Shown here one piece after another: positions 61,861 to 64,000 of a stretch of DNA of 64,000 bases. A model generated the notes under the pieces. That model did not search any database. It was not told the origin of the DNA and saw only the letters and a program-made list of their open reading frames with translations. Positions within the stretch are counted from its first letter, which is position 1, and each line of letters starts with the position of its first letter. The position numbers and the translations under genes were made by a program. Origin of the DNA: an uncultured archaeon (lineage in GTDB: Archaea; EX4484-52; JAADEF01); the NCBI GenBank assembly GCA_964407715.1, contig CAYOWP010000001.1, positions 32,001 to 96,000 of the forward strand, in the 5' to 3' direction.

Positions 61861-61928
61861 CGATTGTAAGAACGAATTTTTTATTGCAGAAGAAAGTATT
61901 TTAAAGAAATATTTTCCATTTATAAATT

Positions 61929-62168
61929 ATGGGTGAAGTAAAACCTGGAAAATATAGGCATTACAAGGGAAAATTCTATAAGGTTATCGGTGTTGCCTTA
62001 CATAGCGAGACCCTTGAGGAATTGGTTGTGTATAGGGCTTTGTATGAGGATGAAAAATTTGGTAAGAATGCTTTATGGGTAAGACCTAAAAAGATGTTTA
62101 TGGAAATAGTAACTGTTGATGGTAAGAAGGTGGCAAGGTTTGAATTTGTTGATGAGAAGACGGTATAA
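61929..62168 (+). CDS. DUF1653 family protein
   Basis: GKYRHYKG, HSET.E.LVVYRALY, WVRP..MF. Confidence 0.9.
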   Translation: MGEVKPGKYRHYKGKFYKVIGVALHSETLEELVVYRALYEDEKFGKNALWVRPKKMFMEIVTVDGKKVARFEFVDEKTV

Positions 62169-62189
62169 AATGAAAAAGAATTTTTATAG

Positions 62190-62750
62190 AATATTTTACT
62201 TATTGAAGCATTATTATCAAAAGATATTTTAAGATATTTATTATTTCTTTCTTTAGAGGTGTATGCAAAAGAAGCAATACCTGCTATTGCAAAGAGGAGA
62301 GGATATAATTTCTTTGGTGATGATGAGAAAAGTAGAGAGTTAATGGCCTTTGGTATCCAAGTTATTTCGGAAATGTCTCCATTTGAATGTGTTAAAAAGC
62401 ACTTTATGATCTTGTAAGTAGTCCAAAATATTAATCACTCATTATTCCTATAACTTTCATAGACCTTTGTAAAGCAGAACCAGAAAACCTCCAAGAACAT
62501 TTAAGATTATTAAGAAATCACTTCTATGAGATACATAAGGATAAAAATATCTTAAAAGAAGCATATATCACTGCTATGCATTTTGTTAATATCGTTGGCG
62601 TTAATGAAATAGATAAAAAAGAACTTTTTACATATCACAAAAATAAAAAGAGTTATTTTAAGGTTATAAATCCTTCAAAAAATAAAAGTTCAATTTAGAT
62701 TTACTTTTATATCTAAATGAAATATATGAGAAGTTAAGTAAATCTAAATG
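62190..62750 (+). pseudogene. degraded paralog of the 11561-12499 protein
   Basis: SKDILRYLLFLSLEVYAKEAIPAI..ISEMS..LCKAEPENLQEHLRLLRNHFY; frameshift near 62400, internal TAA. Confidence 0.8.
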
Positions 62751-62976
62751 AAGATTTTTTAATTTTAAATAAACAATTCTTAATAAGATGAGATGTTCTT
62801 TTTTAGTCGTTTTTATAAGCAGCCCATTTCTAAAAGCTACTTAAAGACATCCTCTTATGAAAGAACCACAATAAATGAATTTAAATAGTTCTCTTTATAT
62901 CTTCCCTTTTTGGTATTTTTTGTTTGTGTAAAGAAAAAACATAACGTTTTTAATATACGGATGTCATTAGATATTT

Positions 62977-63591
62977 ATGGTTTCATATATTTACATAGAC
63001 GAAAGCGGAGATTTAGGGTTAAGAGGATCACGATATTTTATTATAGTTGCAGTTATATGTAATGATCCTAAAGAATTAGGAAGAATCATAAAGAAGCTTA
63101 GACAAAGAAAGCTTAAAAAACATATAAAGAATCTGCCTGAGATTAAAGCTAATAATTCAAGAAGAGAGATTAGAGAATATGTTTTAAGGAAATTTCGCAA
63201 TTTGGATGTTTCCACTTATGCGCTTATAGTTGATAAATCAAAGATATTGCCACGACTTTATGATGTTAAGAATAGACTTTATAATTATTTTGCAGGAATT
63301 TTAATAGATGATCTTGAACATGAAAAGGAAGTTTCAATAGTAATAGATAAGAAAGATACAAACGCTTTAATAAGGAGAGATTTTAATTCTTATATTAAGA
63401 GGAAAATTACAAAGAAGAGATATAATATTAAGATTGAGATTAAACATATACCATCAATAAACTCAAATGAATTACAAGTTGTAGATTTTATTGCATGGGC
63501 TGTGTTCAGGAATTTTGATAGGGGAGATAGCTACTATTTTGATATGATTAAAGATAAAATTAAAATCAAAGAATTATGGAATGATAAATAA
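62977..63591 (+). CDS. DUF3800 family protein
   Basis: YIYIDESGDLG, EIK, IVID, S..LQVVDFIAW. Confidence 0.9.
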   Translation: MVSYIYIDESGDLGLRGSRYFIIVAVICNDPKELGRIIKKLRQRKLKKHIKNLPEIKANNSRREIREYVLRKFRNLDVSTYALIVDKSKILPRLYDVKNRLYNYFAGILIDDLEHEKEVSIVIDKKDTNALIRRDFNSYIKRKITKKRYNIKIEIKHIPSINSNELQVVDFIAWAVFRNFDRGDSYYFDMIKDKIKIKELWNDK

Positions 63592-63594
63592 GAT

Positions 63595-63661
63595 GGCGGA
63601 CCCATGCAGGCCTTTAAGGTGCACCATCCGGTACACCGGCCCTCGCATGGCCTTACCCGCC
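63595..63661 (+). ncRNA. candidate DUF3800-associated structured RNA
   Basis: GC-rich island just after the stop; GGCGG/CCGCC, CCATGC/GCATGG, CCGG-taca-CCGG stems. Confidence 0.65.
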
Positions 63662-63710
63662 TATAATATATTATAGTTAAAATGAATTTATAAAGTTTTT
63701 GGTGTAATAA

Positions 63711-64000
63711 ATGTTAAATAAAGAAATTAAGATTTTTTGGAAAAAAGTAACACGAGAGACAGGGTCTTTAGGTAATAATAAAAGAAATAATAGAAAAAAT
63801 AATGATAAAAAAAGATATTATATTGGAAATTCTGTTGAGGATGTTCTTATTATGTTATGTTTTGCTCTTATTATCCTATGGATAATTTATTTATTGATAC
63901 TAAATGTACCTTTGGAGAATATAATTATTTTACCATTTTTATTAGCTTCTATTATAGTTGGGTTATTAATTTATTTAATATTACCTTTCGTTATTCTTTC
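63711..64000 (+). CDS. membrane protein (runs off window end)
   Basis: Open frame from ATG 63711, hydrophobic segments. Confidence 0.55.
   Translation, partial: MLNKEIKIFWKKVTRETGSLGNNKRNNRKNNDKKRYYIGNSVEDVLIMLCFALIILWIIYLLILNVPLENIIILPFLLASIIVGLLIYLILPFVIL

Overview
AT-rich archaeal chromosomal segment. Gene content (eIF2-gamma, aRF1 with Zn ribbon, Rpo4, archaeal r-proteins, XerA, form III-like RuBisCO, prepilin-like cluster, no amino-acid biosynthesis) suggests a DPANN-type lineage, which is an inference. It holds about 65 mostly housekeeping CDS, a complete A/V-type ATP synthase operon, three tRNAs (Thr-GGU, Asn-GUU, Ala-UGC), a decaying restriction-modification locus and several pseudogenes. 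The main unexplained signal is a non-coding family of ~108-110 bp nested palindromes (GGTTAACGGGAA...GCAGCTAACC-loop-GGTTAGCATGC...TTCCCGTTAACC) at 11 intergenic loci, with about 17 complete units and roughly 5% of the window. It occurs in three contexts: (i) tandem arrays with AT-rich linkers; (ii) shortened cores inside MITE-like elements with GGCATTGTCCAATAAT ends and 9-bp target duplications, one of which rewrote the C-terminus of signal peptidase I; (iii) modules bracketed by TTATGCGAACA/TGTTCGCATAA arms that join into an 11-6-11 dif-like site about 10 kb from xerA. No transposase or cas gene is visible in the window. A DUF3800 gene with a downstream structured RNA lies near the right end. 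All calls are from reading the sequence only; no searches were run.
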